This document shows positions 27,598 through 37,656 of a DNA stretch of 39,582 nt, one piece after another. Under the pieces are notes generated by a model. The model was given only the letters and a program-made list of their open reading frames with translations. It had not been told where the DNA came from and did no database searches. This stretch comes from Leptolyngbyaceae cyanobacterium (GTDB lineage Bacteria > Cyanobacteriota > Cyanobacteriia > Phormidesmidales > Phormidesmidaceae), in assembly GCA_050331235.1 (NCBI GenBank), contig JBHJHA010000117.1, forward strand, positions 1-39,582. The letters run 5' to 3'. The stretch's first letter is position 1; the number at the start of each line of letters is the position of its first letter. A program made the translations under genes and the position numbers.

Positions 27598-28194
27598 GAC
27601 TAAAAGCCTCCTGAATGAATCGTGGGTGTGAGCAACCTTGGCCCCATTTTCTGCGTCACATCCCTGCAATGCCTATGAGAAAGCCGCAGCGATAGGGAGA
27701 CACAAGTACCGTAGCGAGAGCGATCGCAGAGCATCGAAGTAGACCGAAGCAAGCCGAAGTTTTTACGAACAGCCAAACTGACCATGGGGTGTAAGGCGTA
27801 CTGTTCAGACAACTGGTGGGTCTGCCAGCCATCAGAGAGGTCCTGAACCAAGCCCACCCTGACCACTTGTCTGTTGATCAACAGCTAACGTGATGGCTTT
27901 TATACCGATTGCTCTATCGGTCTGGCGACAGCACCGGAATATCGAGATTGATGTTATTGTGTAGTTGACCTGGACCCATGCGGTCACAACGCCCAAACCA
28001 TGTCAGGACCGGAAGGTAGCAGCATTACGGGATGCTTGTGACAGGCGTGGACTCCGGGTCTCTTGCTTTTTAGCTATTCGTTTCAGAGCGATCGGCAAGA
28101 TATTTCTCAACGCGCTGTCGACGGTTAACCGCAATGGCCGACTTTGCGATTTAATCTCTATCCTAGAAAAGAATTATTTGCTGAGGAACCGCCC

Positions 28195-28560
28195 ATGGCA
28201 GGCTTCGGAGACCTAGTACAAAAAGCGTTTTACTTAGGAGTCGGTGCTGCTTCCTATGCGAGTGAAAAAGCGGGTGGAACGCTGAAAGACTTGCGTGAAC
28301 AAGCCCAGTCCGTAGTGAATGAACTGGTTGAGCGAGGGGAACTCACCGCCGATGAGGCGCAACAAATGTTCAACAAAATGATGCAGCGTGCCCAAGAAAG
28401 TGCGACAACGGTATCAGAGTCTCCACAAGAGCAACCTCGCCGCATCGAAATCTTGGATGATACGGATACCACGGCTGAGGCGAGGGAAGCTGAAGCGCTA
28501 CGACAGCAAGTGGAAGCCATGCGGCAAAAGTTAGAAGACCTGAAGCGTAAGCAGCAATGA
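28195..28560 (+). CDS. Phasin-family / PHA granule-associated-like coiled-coil protein
   Basis: MAGFGDLVQKAFYLGVG...ELVERGELTADEA pattern; GAGG upstream of ATG 28195. Confidence 0.8.
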   Translation: MAGFGDLVQKAFYLGVGAASYASEKAGGTLKDLREQAQSVVNELVERGELTADEAQQMFNKMMQRAQESATTVSESPQEQPRRIEILDDTDTTAEAREAEALRQQVEAMRQKLEDLKRKQQ

Positions 28561-29030
28561 ACGATTTCGACACCTGGGCGCGAGAACTCACCGATTTTTT
28601 GGAGACTGCCACGCGGACGACTGAGGTCTGGGCCGACCAAGCTATCCAGGGCGCAGTGGATACTGCCAATGCATTTGTTGACGAAGTCGAAAAGCAGTTA
28701 CGTCCCACCCTTGAGCAATGGGCCGATGAGTTAGGACAGTCTTTAGAACCCTTGGAGTCAGCTCTGGATCAAGAGATTGAGCGATTTTCAGAAGAGTTCA
28801 CGGAATTCATCAATCCAATTTTTATTCCCCTAGCAAGCGCTTTGGAAAGTTGGGCCGAGGCGGTGGCGACGCCTATATCTAGCCATGTTGATCCGGTGAT
28901 CAATGACCACCCAGCGTGCATGGGGTGCCGCCATTATCACGGTCATGCTTACGGCGGCAACATGCTGGTCTGTGCGATGTATCCTTACGGTCCCGAAGCT
29001 GAAACATGCCCAGATTGGGAGTCTTGTTAG
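28557..29030 (+). CDS. Conserved cyanobacterial hypothetical protein: acidic helical region plus C-terminal Cys/His cluster
   Basis: ATGA overlap with the previous gene; PACMGCRHYHGHAYGGNMLVCAMYPYG...CPDW. Confidence 0.8.
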   Translation: MNDFDTWARELTDFLETATRTTEVWADQAIQGAVDTANAFVDEVEKQLRPTLEQWADELGQSLEPLESALDQEIERFSEEFTEFINPIFIPLASALESWAEAVATPISSHVDPVINDHPACMGCRHYHGHAYGGNMLVCAMYPYGPEAETCPDWESC

Positions 29031-29078
29031 CCGACCAATAGTTCGTGATGGTGTCGAGAGATCAACGGGGCGGGATAA

Positions 29079-29903
29079 TTAATCGCCAGTCGTTGTTTTG
29101 AGCAGCGGGAAAAAATGTCACACGGGGCCTTGTCCCTGGCCAATCCGCAGGGAATGCTTCAGGGCTTGGGTGACATAATCTTTGGCCTGGTGAACGGCAG
29201 TCAGGGTATCTTTGCCGAGGGCGAGATTGGCCGCGATCGCGGCTGATAGCGTACAGCCAGTACCGTGAGTGTCTTGAGTTTGCACTGTCTCGGTTTTCAA
29301 GGTGACTGTTTGCTGACCGTCGTACCAAACATCAATTCCCCGCAGTTCAGCTTGCATAGCCCCCCCTTTCACCAAAACGGCCTTGGGTCCCAAGGCAAAA
29401 ATTTTTTTGACCGCAAGTTCCATATCGGCATGGGTATTGATCTCCTGCTGGCTCAGGATCTGCGCCTCATAGCGATTGGGTGTGAGTACAGTTGCGAAGG
29501 GAATGAGGCGATCGCATAAGGTCGAGATCGCCTCATCATCGATGAGTTGAGCCCCCGTGCGTGAGACCATTACCGGGTCAACGACCCAAGCTGGCACCGT
29601 CGTATCGGCGATCGCCTCGGCCACCGCTGACATAATGTCAGCATTGAGCAGCATCCCAAGCTTGGCACTTTGCGCGCCGATATCACCCATCACAGCCTGT
29701 ATCTGTGCGACGACCGCGGCTGGAGGCAGCGCATCGACTCGGTCGACGCCACAAGTGTTTTGAGCAGTGATGCAAGTGATGGCACTCGTACCATGCACCC
29801 GATGAAACGCAAACGTACGCAGGTCTGCTTGAATGCCCGCGCCACCCCCACTATCAGAACCAGCTACGGTCAAAGCCACCGGAGTGAGCGATTTTTTTCC
29901 CAC
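29079..29903 (-). CDS. thiD: Hydroxymethylpyrimidine/phosphomethylpyrimidine kinase, with an in-frame TGA at 29118-29120
   Basis: ALTVAGSDSGGGAGIQADL, VVDPVMVS, LTPNRYEA, THGTGCTLS; GTG start 29903 with GGAGAG. The frame continues past the stop as HFFPLLKTTTGD*. Confidence 0.92.
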
Positions 29904-29964
29904 AGAATACTCTCCCGAAATTGAGTGCGATCGCGTTGCAAATGTGCACCAGTCACTTGAGTCA

Positions 29965-30005
29965 CAAACAAAACGATGACCCACTCCATGAGTAAGCCAT
30001 CGTTT
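29965..30005 (-). terminator. Terminator-like hairpin after ftsZ
   Basis: Minus strand AAACGATGGCTTACTC-atg-GAGTGGGTCATCGTTT (G-U pairs) followed by TGTTTG. Confidence 0.7.
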
Positions 30006-30024
30006 CTTAGCGCAGATAAGTACC

Positions 30025-31308
30025 TTAGCGGTTGTTTGGTCGCCGCCGCTGTAGGAACTCCGGAATGTCTAACCCTCCCGGCCCACTACTGGTATCAGTC
30101 GCCGGCGGCACCGAGTTAAGGTTGTTGCGCTTCAACGGCGTAATGCGGGCTGCATCCATCTGGCTGCTGCTGTGGGCTTCCAAGTTAAAGCCTGTGGCAA
30201 TCACCGTAATCTGAACCTCGCCTTGTAACCGTTCATCAATGACGGCCCCAAAAATAATGTTGGCGTTGGGGTCGACTGCCTCATAGATAATTTCAGCCGC
30301 TGCATTCACTTCGTGGAGGGTCAGGTCAGCCCCTCCGGTGATATTAAAGACAGCTCCTGACGCCCCATCAATAGAAGATTCCAGTAAGGGTGAAGAGATT
30401 GCAGAAATGGCAGCTTCTCGAGCGCGAGATTTACCTGAGCCCATGCCGATGCCCATCAAAGCGGAGCCAGCATCAGCCATCACTGCCCGAACATCAGCAA
30501 AGTCAACATTCACTAGCCCCGGAATCATGATGATGTCGGAAATCCCCTGTACACCCTGACGCAAAATATCGTCCGCCGATTGAAATGCTTCCTGTACAGG
30601 CGTTTGCTCTGAAATAACTGAAAGCAAGCGATCGTTCGGAATCACAATGAGGGTATCGACTCGGCTCTGTAAAGCTTCGATACCGTCATCGGCTTGGCCT
30701 GTCCGCCGACGCCCCTCAAACGTAAATGGCCGCGTGACAACTCCAACGGTCAACGCACCAGACTCCTTGGCGACTTCCGCCACAATCGGAGCGGCACCGG
30801 TCCCTGTGCCACCACCCATACCAGCCGTAATAAAGACTAAGTCTGACTCCTCTAAAGAAGCAGCAATCTCATCACGAGACTCTTCGGCGGCTTTCTGGCC
30901 AATAGCGGGATTGCCACCGGCCCCTAAACCTCGGGTCAGTTTCTGACCAATCTGTAGGCGGTTTTCTGTAGCGGTGTTGAGCAGGGCTTGAGCATCAGTG
31001 TTGACCGTCCAGAATTCGATTCCGGAAAGACCACTTTGGATCATACGGTTGACTGCATTACAGCCCCCGCCACCAACGCCAATGACTTTAATCTTTGCAA
31101 TATTACTGGGCACAGTCTCACCGTTTAGGAGCATTTCTCCAGGAGCCAATCTGGGTTCATCACTGCTGTTTGATGTACTGGGTAAATCAAGTAGAGAATT
31201 ATGGATGTCTTCTACCATTAATGGGGTGTCATCTTCAACTGGAACATGGGCACCATTCATTGGAAAGCTATTGTTATCGAAATCAGTCGGCGTTGAATTG
31301 GAAGACAT
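30025..31308 (-). CDS. ftsZ: Cell division protein FtsZ
   Basis: [14 protein letters not shown], tubulin signature [17 protein letters not shown]-terminal LDIPEFL; ATG 31308 preceded by AGAGG. Confidence 0.98.
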   Translation of the reverse strand: MSSNSTPTDFDNNSFPMNGAHVPVEDDTPLMVEDIHNSLLDLPSTSNSSDEPRLAPGEMLLNGETVPSNIAKIKVIGVGGGGCNAVNRMIQSGLSGIEFWTVNTDAQALLNTATENRLQIGQKLTRGLGAGGNPAIGQKAAEESRDEIAASLEESDLVFITAGMGGGTGTGAAPIVAEVAKESGALTVGVVTRPFTFEGRRRTGQADDGIEALQSRVDTLIVIPNDRLLSVISEQTPVQEAFQSADDILRQGVQGISDIIMIPGLVNVDFADVRAVMADAGSALMGIGMGSGKSRAREAAISAISSPLLESSIDGASGAVFNITGGADLTLHEVNAAAEIIYEAVDPNANIIFGAVIDERLQGEVQITVIATGFNLEAHSSSQMDAARITPLKRNNLNSVPPATDTSSGPGGLDIPEFLQRRRPNNR

Positions 31309-31713
31309 CAACCTCTACCCTACGCAGAACTACTATTTCGAGCAAGCAACGCCCCGTACAATTTAGACAACTATAAGGTACTTCGGTGGAAAAAACCAAA
31401 AAAACCACAGAATGCCTGAAATTACAGAGTTCGGAACCTATTTCATCCGACAGAGTGCGCTCACGCACTTGCTCGATTGCGCTTAGAAAGTTAATCCATA
31501 ACACTGCAATTTGAGTGGGGATCACTCTGATTTCAGTTTTTTTTAACTTCAACTCGGGATGAGGCCCTCAGTGATGATGGGAACCGGGGGCAAACGCATG
31601 ACGGCTCAATGAAAATCAACATCATTGGGTTTCCTAGTCTGAGGCACTCATCCTTTCTCCGTCTGCTACACCCCTTTGAGTGGCAGAGGCATCACCAAAT
31701 TTTTATCCCAAAC

Positions 31714-32571
31714 TCAGTTTTCTTGAGGTGTCGAGTCGGCGATTTCTGGTGGTTGAGAAAGCTTAACCGCTGGAACTTGAGGATTGGCCAAATCAATATA
31801 GTCAACTTGGGGGGTATCTGGATTGGTTGTCAGAGAGGAGAGGCGGGGTAAAAGCGCTAATTGCTCTGGTAGCTGCTGCGGATTATAGATGCCCAAATGC
31901 ACACGCCCCACTTCAGTTTGCAGTTTTAGATTGTTGGGCGATCGCAAATCAACTTCTAAAATCTTGATCGGGCTGTTTTGGAGGCTGTGATAAAGTCCTG
32001 GCCATACCTGCTGGTAGCGCGGATGAAATCCCCGCACCTTTAAAGTTGGTAGCTGAAAACTATTATTCAGCCCCGCCGCTGTTTCTTGCGCCATCCAATA
32101 TCCTTTCGCATCCAACAAGCCAGGCTGACTAGCTGGTGTCGGCTCCTCAGTTCTGGCATTTAATCGTGAGGGAATGGTCACTGCAACCGGCAACCGCTCT
32201 TGCAGAGTAATCTCCAATCTCGGGGGAAACAATTGTCGGTCAATTTGGGCCTGAGCAATGGGCGATTGGGTCTTCAGCCGATTGATCAGCTGCTCAGGTT
32301 CGACTTCAAAAATCGGTTGGGGATATTTCAGCGCTAGCAGTTCATGCACCGCGTCGTCCGCCAACATTTCGTTGCCTTCTATCGTGACCTGTTCACTGTG
32401 GCGCAACAATAGCCAAAAAGGATTGCGAATGAGCCACAATGCACCGACCGCGAGGCCGGAGATGGCCAGAACTCGCCAAACATGCTGCAAGTTACGAACT
32501 CGACGCTGCTTTCTGAGGCTTCGTCGTCGTTCCGACAAGGCTTCGGGAGAGGGCTCAACAAAGTTAGTCAT
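31714..32571 (-). CDS. ftsQ: Cell division protein FtsQ/DivIB
   Basis: Basic N-terminus, single TM, POTRA (IEGN...RQLFPPRLEITLQERLPVA), YIDL near the C-terminus, directly upstream of ftsZ; start ATG 32571. Confidence 0.88.
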   Translation of the reverse strand: MTNFVEPSPEALSERRRSLRKQRRVRNLQHVWRVLAISGLAVGALWLIRNPFWLLLRHSEQVTIEGNEMLADDAVHELLALKYPQPIFEVEPEQLINRLKTQSPIAQAQIDRQLFPPRLEITLQERLPVAVTIPSRLNARTEEPTPASQPGLLDAKGYWMAQETAAGLNNSFQLPTLKVRGFHPRYQQVWPGLYHSLQNSPIKILEVDLRSPNNLKLQTEVGRVHLGIYNPQQLPEQLALLPRLSSLTTNPDTPQVDYIDLANPQVPAVKLSQPPEIADSTPQEN

Positions 32572-32636
32572 ACACTCGCGCAAACCGAAAACATGAAGGC
32601 TAAAGGAATATCTTGGGCCGCTGAGCACTGAACCCA

Positions 32637-33077
32637 TTAAGGTTGTGGCGTTGATTGTAGCGCCTCTAGACAAGACTGCAACCGTTGATGCCAGGCCGCT
32701 GCCAAGTCCGCATCGGTAAATGGAATCCAGTACTGTTCATCAGTGTGGGCCGTCAATTTGAGCGCAGTGTCACAGCCTCGGGGTAGAGCTGAGGCTGTCG
32801 CGGCGGCTGGCTGGGGGCCAACTGGCGATATTAAGACAATCTGCTTGATATCGGTCAATGATATCTCTTGGGGCTGGTCTAAACCCTGGCGAGTGGGCTG
32901 CCCCCACACTAAGCGATCGCGAGTTTGCCCGAGGGCAGCATAAATATCGTATTTCGCCCGATCGAACTGACCAGCCCATTGCTTGTAACCTTCTAGTTTC
33001 TGATATTCGTTCCAACCGGCCCAGGCCAGCCAGGCAAACACTCCGAGCAACGGTAACCAGAGCAATCCACGTTCCAT
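32637..33077 (-). CDS. Conserved cyanobacterial membrane-anchored hypothetical protein upstream of ftsQ
   Basis: MERGLLWLPLL...WAGWNEYQK...AKYDIYA...IPFTD; AGAGG RBS; N-terminal TM. Confidence 0.85.
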   Translation of the reverse strand: MERGLLWLPLLGVFAWLAWAGWNEYQKLEGYKQWAGQFDRAKYDIYAALGQTRDRLVWGQPTRQGLDQPQEISLTDIKQIVLISPVGPQPAAATASALPRGCDTALKLTAHTDEQYWIPFTDADLAAAWHQRLQSCLEALQSTPQP

Positions 33078-33211
33078 GGCAACTTACCCCACCTCTTGAC
33101 TGTCGCCTGTCGGTAGTGAATTCCAGCAGGCAACACTGCCCCTAGCTTAGCGGCTGAAGCGGCATTCGCTACCTTAGCCTGGATCCCTCGATCGCCAACG
33201 ACTAATGGTAA

Positions 33212-33229
33212 TCTGTAAATTCTTGCAAC
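33212..33229. promoter_or_regulatory. Possible HLR1 (RpaB) site upstream of psaK
   Basis: Reverse strand GTTGCAAG-aa-TTTACAGA resembles the (G/T)TTACA(T/A)(T/A)-N2 direct repeat; candidate -10 TAGGGT at 33271-33276. Confidence 0.4.
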
Positions 33230-33354
33230 GACGAAGTGATTTGTCTTTACCCATCATCAAAAATCTTGACTAGGGTAAGCACGCCGGAGCAGATATCAAA
33301 TCGTTGCGGCAGACACTTTCCTGAGTTCTAATTGATGATTTTGAGGAATAGAAA

Positions 33355-33615
33355 TTGCTTTATTTATCTTTGTTAGCGGCCGTCCCCCACACGCCAGAAT
33401 GGAGCCCCAAAGTAGCCATCGTCATGATTGTGTGTAACATCATCGCCATTGCGATCGGCAAGTTCTCCATCAAATATCCCAACGAAGGACCCGCAATGCC
33501 AGCACCTGCTCTATTTGGTGGGTTTGGCCTCCCTGCCGTCTTGGGAACCACGAGCTTTGGGCACCTATTGGGGGCCGGCGCTATTTTAGGGTTGGCTAAC
33601 TTAGGCGTGCTTTAG
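33355..33615 (+). CDS. psaK: Photosystem I subunit PsaK
   Basis: WSPKVAIVMIVCN...LGTTSFGHLLGAGAILGLANLGVL; TTG start with GAGGA RBS. Confidence 0.95.
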   Translation: MLYLSLLAAVPHTPEWSPKVAIVMIVCNIIAIAIGKFSIKYPNEGPAMPAPALFGGFGLPAVLGTTSFGHLLGAGAILGLANLGVL

Positions 33616-33655
33616 CTCCCCGGCTGCTCAGATCATTACCGCTCACTGGTACGCT

Positions 33656-33690
33656 GCGTCAGGCATTAGCATGTCTGGCGCTGTTTGATT
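33656..33690 (+). terminator. Terminator after psaK, between convergent genes
   Basis: GCGTCAGGCAT-tagc-ATGTCTGGCGC (two G-U pairs) followed by TGTTTGATTT. Confidence 0.65.
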
Positions 33691-33693
33691 TAT

Positions 33694-35412
33694 CTAAAAC
33701 CGATACCCTAGATTGAAATAAAATCGCACACCTTGCGGATCATCAGTGCTGAGCTCAGCAATATCGATGAGTGGATAGGCTAAGTCAGCCCGTGCATCGA
33801 ATCCTTCAGCGAAATTGAACAAGAAGCCGACTCCCGTACCCAGCAAAAAGTTATTGTCAGTTACATCCAGGCTGCCATCAGCGTTCCACAGATAGGCCCC
33901 ATCGACATAGGGGGCCACCTGAAATTCAGGCAAACCTGCCGCATTTCGCGTGACTACTATTTGGTCTTCGATAGAAAACCGGATACCGTTATCGCCAAAG
34001 CGCTGGTTTTGGTCGTATCCGCGTACCGACAACCCGCCGCCCGCAAAAAATTGCTCGGAGCCCGGCAGTGAATCTGGCGACAGTTGCACACTCCCTTGCA
34101 AGAGAAGCAAATTGTCGGCGCTGAGTCGCTGCACGCGCTGGACCTGGCCACTCCAGCTAAAGAAATCGTCGGCGCTGCTCGCCGTAGTTGCCGTTTCATC
34201 AACATCCTCAGCCCCCAGTCGAAACTGTGACTGCAGCGCCCACGCTCCGCTAGTGTCTCGGTGGACATAGTCTTGGCCAAAGCTTAGGACATTCGTGGTC
34301 GTCGCGTCGGTAATGATGCCAGAGATGAGCGTAGACCCCTGGCGGTAGCGATAGCCTAAAGACAGGGCAAATTCATCCCTCGGCGTTCGAATCAAAGGCT
34401 GGCGTACACTCACTTCGTAAATGTCAGTGGACCCTTCTGTACCAAAGTCAAAGGTCGGTTGATTAGGGTCTGTAATCTCAAACTCATTGGGCGTTAGCCG
34501 TAGTAATACGGTGCCATTCATAGGGCTAATGGGCACCCGATAGCCAAGCTCATAGACCTTGGAGCCAGCCGTGGTTGTCCAGGTCGCAGAGCCAAACAGG
34601 GTGTCACCCAGGCCAGCCAGATTACGAAATTGCAGGCTACTGCCGATGCGTACAGTGCCCACCGATGGGGACGAATAGTTGTCACTGAATACCGACCCGC
34701 CAATGGTGTCGACTTCTTCCACTCGCACGATGAGACGGCTTTGTCCGACACCACTCCCTGCTCTCAGACTGGCCTCGACACTGGTGAACATCGGATCGAC
34801 TCGCAGCAGCCGCAGCTGGTCCTCTAGGTGACCCTGGTTGAGTGGTCGAGTCCCCCCCTGAGCAATGCGGACGCGGACATAGTCCTTGAGGCTGTCAGTG
34901 CCCTCCACGAGAATTTCTTCTAATTCGCCTTCGAGGACATCAATCTGGACTACTCCATCAACGACAGTTTGAGCACTGATAACAGCACGGGAAGTAATGT
35001 AGCCGTCGTTCAAGTACAACTGGGTGATTTCGTCCGCGGCTCTTTGGAGCTCAGCTAATGTCACCTCTCTGTTTTCGTAAGGGGCCACGATCGCCGCTAA
35101 GGCATCGCTGTCGTAAACGGTGCTCCCAATTACCGTAATGCCGGTCACCGCAAATGGCGTCTCTGCTCCCGGAGGAAGTGGCGGCTCCGGGGCAGTTGGC
35201 GGGGCTGACTCATCTTCTGGCAGGGGCACAGGAAACTGTGGCTCGGCTGGAAAGCGATCTTGACCAGGGTCGACTTGGGCGATGGTATCAGTCAGCGCAG
35301 CTTCAGTCGCGGTTGAATCAGAATCGACGGGGTGTGCCTGCGCCCCAAGTCTTAGCAGACTGAGGGAGGCGATCGCCAGACAACTCGAAATTCCGATGCA
35401 TCGCGGATTCAT
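33694..35412 (-). CDS. ShlB/FhaC/HecB-family two-partner secretion outer-membrane transporter (TpsB)
   Basis: Signal peptide, Pro-rich linker, POTRA (ITQLYLNDGYITSRA), DNYSSPSVG, Omp85 motif SVRGY, C-terminal YFNLGYRF. Confidence 0.92.
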   Translation of the reverse strand: MNPRCIGISSCLAIASLSLLRLGAQAHPVDSDSTATEAALTDTIAQVDPGQDRFPAEPQFPVPLPEDESAPPTAPEPPLPPGAETPFAVTGITVIGSTVYDSDALAAIVAPYENREVTLAELQRAADEITQLYLNDGYITSRAVISAQTVVDGVVQIDVLEGELEEILVEGTDSLKDYVRVRIAQGGTRPLNQGHLEDQLRLLRVDPMFTSVEASLRAGSGVGQSRLIVRVEEVDTIGGSVFSDNYSSPSVGTVRIGSSLQFRNLAGLGDTLFGSATWTTTAGSKVYELGYRVPISPMNGTVLLRLTPNEFEITDPNQPTFDFGTEGSTDIYEVSVRQPLIRTPRDEFALSLGYRYRQGSTLISGIITDATTTNVLSFGQDYVHRDTSGAWALQSQFRLGAEDVDETATTASSADDFFSWSGQVQRVQRLSADNLLLLQGSVQLSPDSLPGSEQFFAGGGLSVRGYDQNQRFGDNGIRFSIEDQIVVTRNAAGLPEFQVAPYVDGAYLWNADGSLDVTDNNFLLGTGVGFLFNFAEGFDARADLAYPLIDIAELSTDDPQGVRFYFNLGYRF

Positions 35413-36062
35413 AGCTCATCATGTCGAGACGTCACCCAAATTATCTCTATAAACTTGAGAAAATCCTGACTGACGAAACATAAAATCAGGTTTTTTGTTT
35501 TTATCCAATTGCCGGCTTTAATTCAACTGCTTGGCAGGTAGTTACTGAAAAATTAGTATTTTGCGCCTTGTCTCCACATGACGATCGCGCGATCGTCACA
35601 GTCCAAATAGTAGGTATAGATGCCATCAATGGGAACGGACAAACAGTGCTAGCAGCGATTTTCAAACATCGCTAAATATAAAAATAAACCGAACGTTAAT
35701 CAGCTCTCAGGGGGCTCATCAACGAGGCCGTCAGAGCGTTGATGAGTTGCTTGAAACATGTTTATCTACTGGCTGATGCCTCTCGCGGGTCCGCAGTTCA
35801 CCCAGTCAGTCACGACCATCGCCGTCGGCAAATTGATGCCAACATCTCTAGCAGAGTCTGGTACGGTATAGAACTTGTGGCGAATGTAAACATATATTGC
35901 CTTTGCCCTCATGCTGAGCTCCCAGTCACTGTTGCGGTTCAGTAAAACACCCTGTCTCAGCCTAGATGAGGCAAGAGACCACTTCTCCCTCAAGAAAAAC
36001 ACAGCATCACAGATAGAAACCATTGGCTACTCAGTGATCAGTCCAAAATAGGGGTAATACCG

Positions 36063-37649
36063 TTGAAAGTCTTGCAAACACTCGAAGGCATGAAAAGTTG
36101 CTTAGCCATCTGGCGGCAACCCGTCACTGCTGGTGGCTATCCAGACATTGCCTCAGTGGGGCTGGTCCCGACAATGGGAGCTCTGCACGCTGGTCATATG
36201 AGCCTCGTGCATCGAGCCCGGCAGGAAAACGATCGCGTAGTCGTCAGCATTTTTGTGAATCCTTTGCAATTTGGAGAAGGGGAAGATTTAGCAAACTATC
36301 CGCGTACATTTGAGCAAGATCAGGCTAAATGCGAAGCTGCCGGCGTTGATGCGATTTTCTGCCCGTCCTCAGAGACCTTTTACGGAAACTTACCCTCCTC
36401 AAATAACGCATCAACCCGTGTCTTACCGGCGGCCAGCCTTGCCGAGCATCTATGCGGAGCCTACCGTGTCGGACATTTTGCGGGAGTCACAACCGTGGTC
36501 GCTAAACTACTTAATTTGATCGCACCAGATCGCGCTTACTTTGGTCGCAAAGATGCTCAGCAACTAGCGATTATCAAGCGCATGGTGGCTGATCTCAATT
36601 GGTCTACTCAAATTGTCGGCTGCCCCATTGTGCGTAATCCCGATGGCTTGGCCTATAGTTCCCGTAATCAATATCTCAGTCCGGCGGAGCGGGATCAGGC
36701 GGTGACGCTATACCAAGGTTTGCAAGCTGCTAAAGCCGCTTTCTTAGCCGGCGAACGTAGTCGTCAAGCCTTAATGCAGCAGGTCTACAACATTACCAGC
36801 ACCATCCCAGCTTTACAAATGCAATACATCGACCTCGTAGATCTTGAAACGCTACAGCCCATAGACATGATTGAAACGGCAGGGCTGCTGGCTGTGGCTG
36901 CTTACCTAGGCAAGACTCGGTTAATTGACAATATCTTGCTACGATCGCGGCAGCCGATTGTCGCCATTGATGGCCCAGCTGGAGCCGGCAAGTCGACCGT
37001 TGCTAAGCAAGTGGCGCAGCAGCTCAATCTGATGTATCTCGATAGCGGAGCAATGTATCGAGCCGTGACTTGGCAAGTGCTGGACTCGGCAATCGATCCC
37101 GCCGATGAAGTTGCAGTTGCAGAGACCCTCGCAAAGTGTCAGATTCAGCTGTCAACTGATGCCACTAATCAAGCAGATGCTACTCATATGACTCGCGTCT
37201 GGGTCAATGATCGAGAGGTCACACGGACCATACGGCATCCAGAGGTGACAGCACACGTCTCGACGATCGCGGCCCAACCGGTTGTCAGAGAGGTGCTCTT
37301 AAAGCAGCAACAGGCTTACGGTGCAGCGGGCGGTGTTGTGATGGAAGGCCGCGATATTGGGACCCAAGTATTTCCCTTTGCAGAGTTAAAAATCTTTTTG
37401 ACAGCCTCTGTTAAAGAGAGAGCACGGCGGCGACAGCGAGATCTGGCAGCGCAAAACCAACCGCCCATGAGTTTAGAAGCTTTAGAGCAGGCAATTGATG
37501 AGCGAGATCGCAAAGACAGTACGCGGAGCGTTGCCCCCCTGCGCAAAGCTCAGGATGCGATTGAGGTGTTTAGCGATAATCTCAGCATCGATGAAGTGGT
37601 GGCCAAGATTGTTGCGCTGTACCGCGATCGTCTAGAGACCCAAGGATAA
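36063..37649 (+). CDS. panC/cmk: Bifunctional pantoate--beta-alanine ligase / cytidylate kinase
   Basis: VPTMGALHAGH, SIFVNPLQF, GRKDAQQ, SSRNQYL, RLIDN, then AIDGPAGAGKST and EGRDIGT. Confidence 0.96.
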   Translation: MKVLQTLEGMKSCLAIWRQPVTAGGYPDIASVGLVPTMGALHAGHMSLVHRARQENDRVVVSIFVNPLQFGEGEDLANYPRTFEQDQAKCEAAGVDAIFCPSSETFYGNLPSSNNASTRVLPAASLAEHLCGAYRVGHFAGVTTVVAKLLNLIAPDRAYFGRKDAQQLAIIKRMVADLNWSTQIVGCPIVRNPDGLAYSSRNQYLSPAERDQAVTLYQGLQAAKAAFLAGERSRQALMQQVYNITSTIPALQMQYIDLVDLETLQPIDMIETAGLLAVAAYLGKTRLIDNILLRSRQPIVAIDGPAGAGKSTVAKQVAQQLNLMYLDSGAMYRAVTWQVLDSAIDPADEVAVAETLAKCQIQLSTDATNQADATHMTRVWVNDREVTRTIRHPEVTAHVSTIAAQPVVREVLLKQQQAYGAAGGVVMEGRDIGTQVFPFAELKIFLTASVKERARRRQRDLAAQNQPPMSLEALEQAIDERDRKDSTRSVAPLRKAQDAIEVFSDNLSIDEVVAKIVALYRDRLETQG

Positions 37650-37656
37650 TTCAAGA

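Larger units (their letters stand above)
22511..27727. repeat. HIP1 octamers (GCGATCGC), dense stretch; also scattered elsewhere in the window
   Basis: Read at 22511, 22748, 22915, 23950, 24087, 24251, 25544, 26007, 26822, 26965, 27720; others at e.g. 2050, 10291, 12826, 14464, 14591, 16314, 17018, 20595. Confidence 0.9.

Noticed and set aside
27600..28190. ORFs 27600-27881 and 27965-28216 in the divergent region
   Set aside because: No recognisable motifs, weak starts; more likely promoter DNA.
29904..30024. TPP riboswitch upstream of thiD
   Set aside because: No CTGAGA core; the space is occupied by the ftsZ terminator hairpin.
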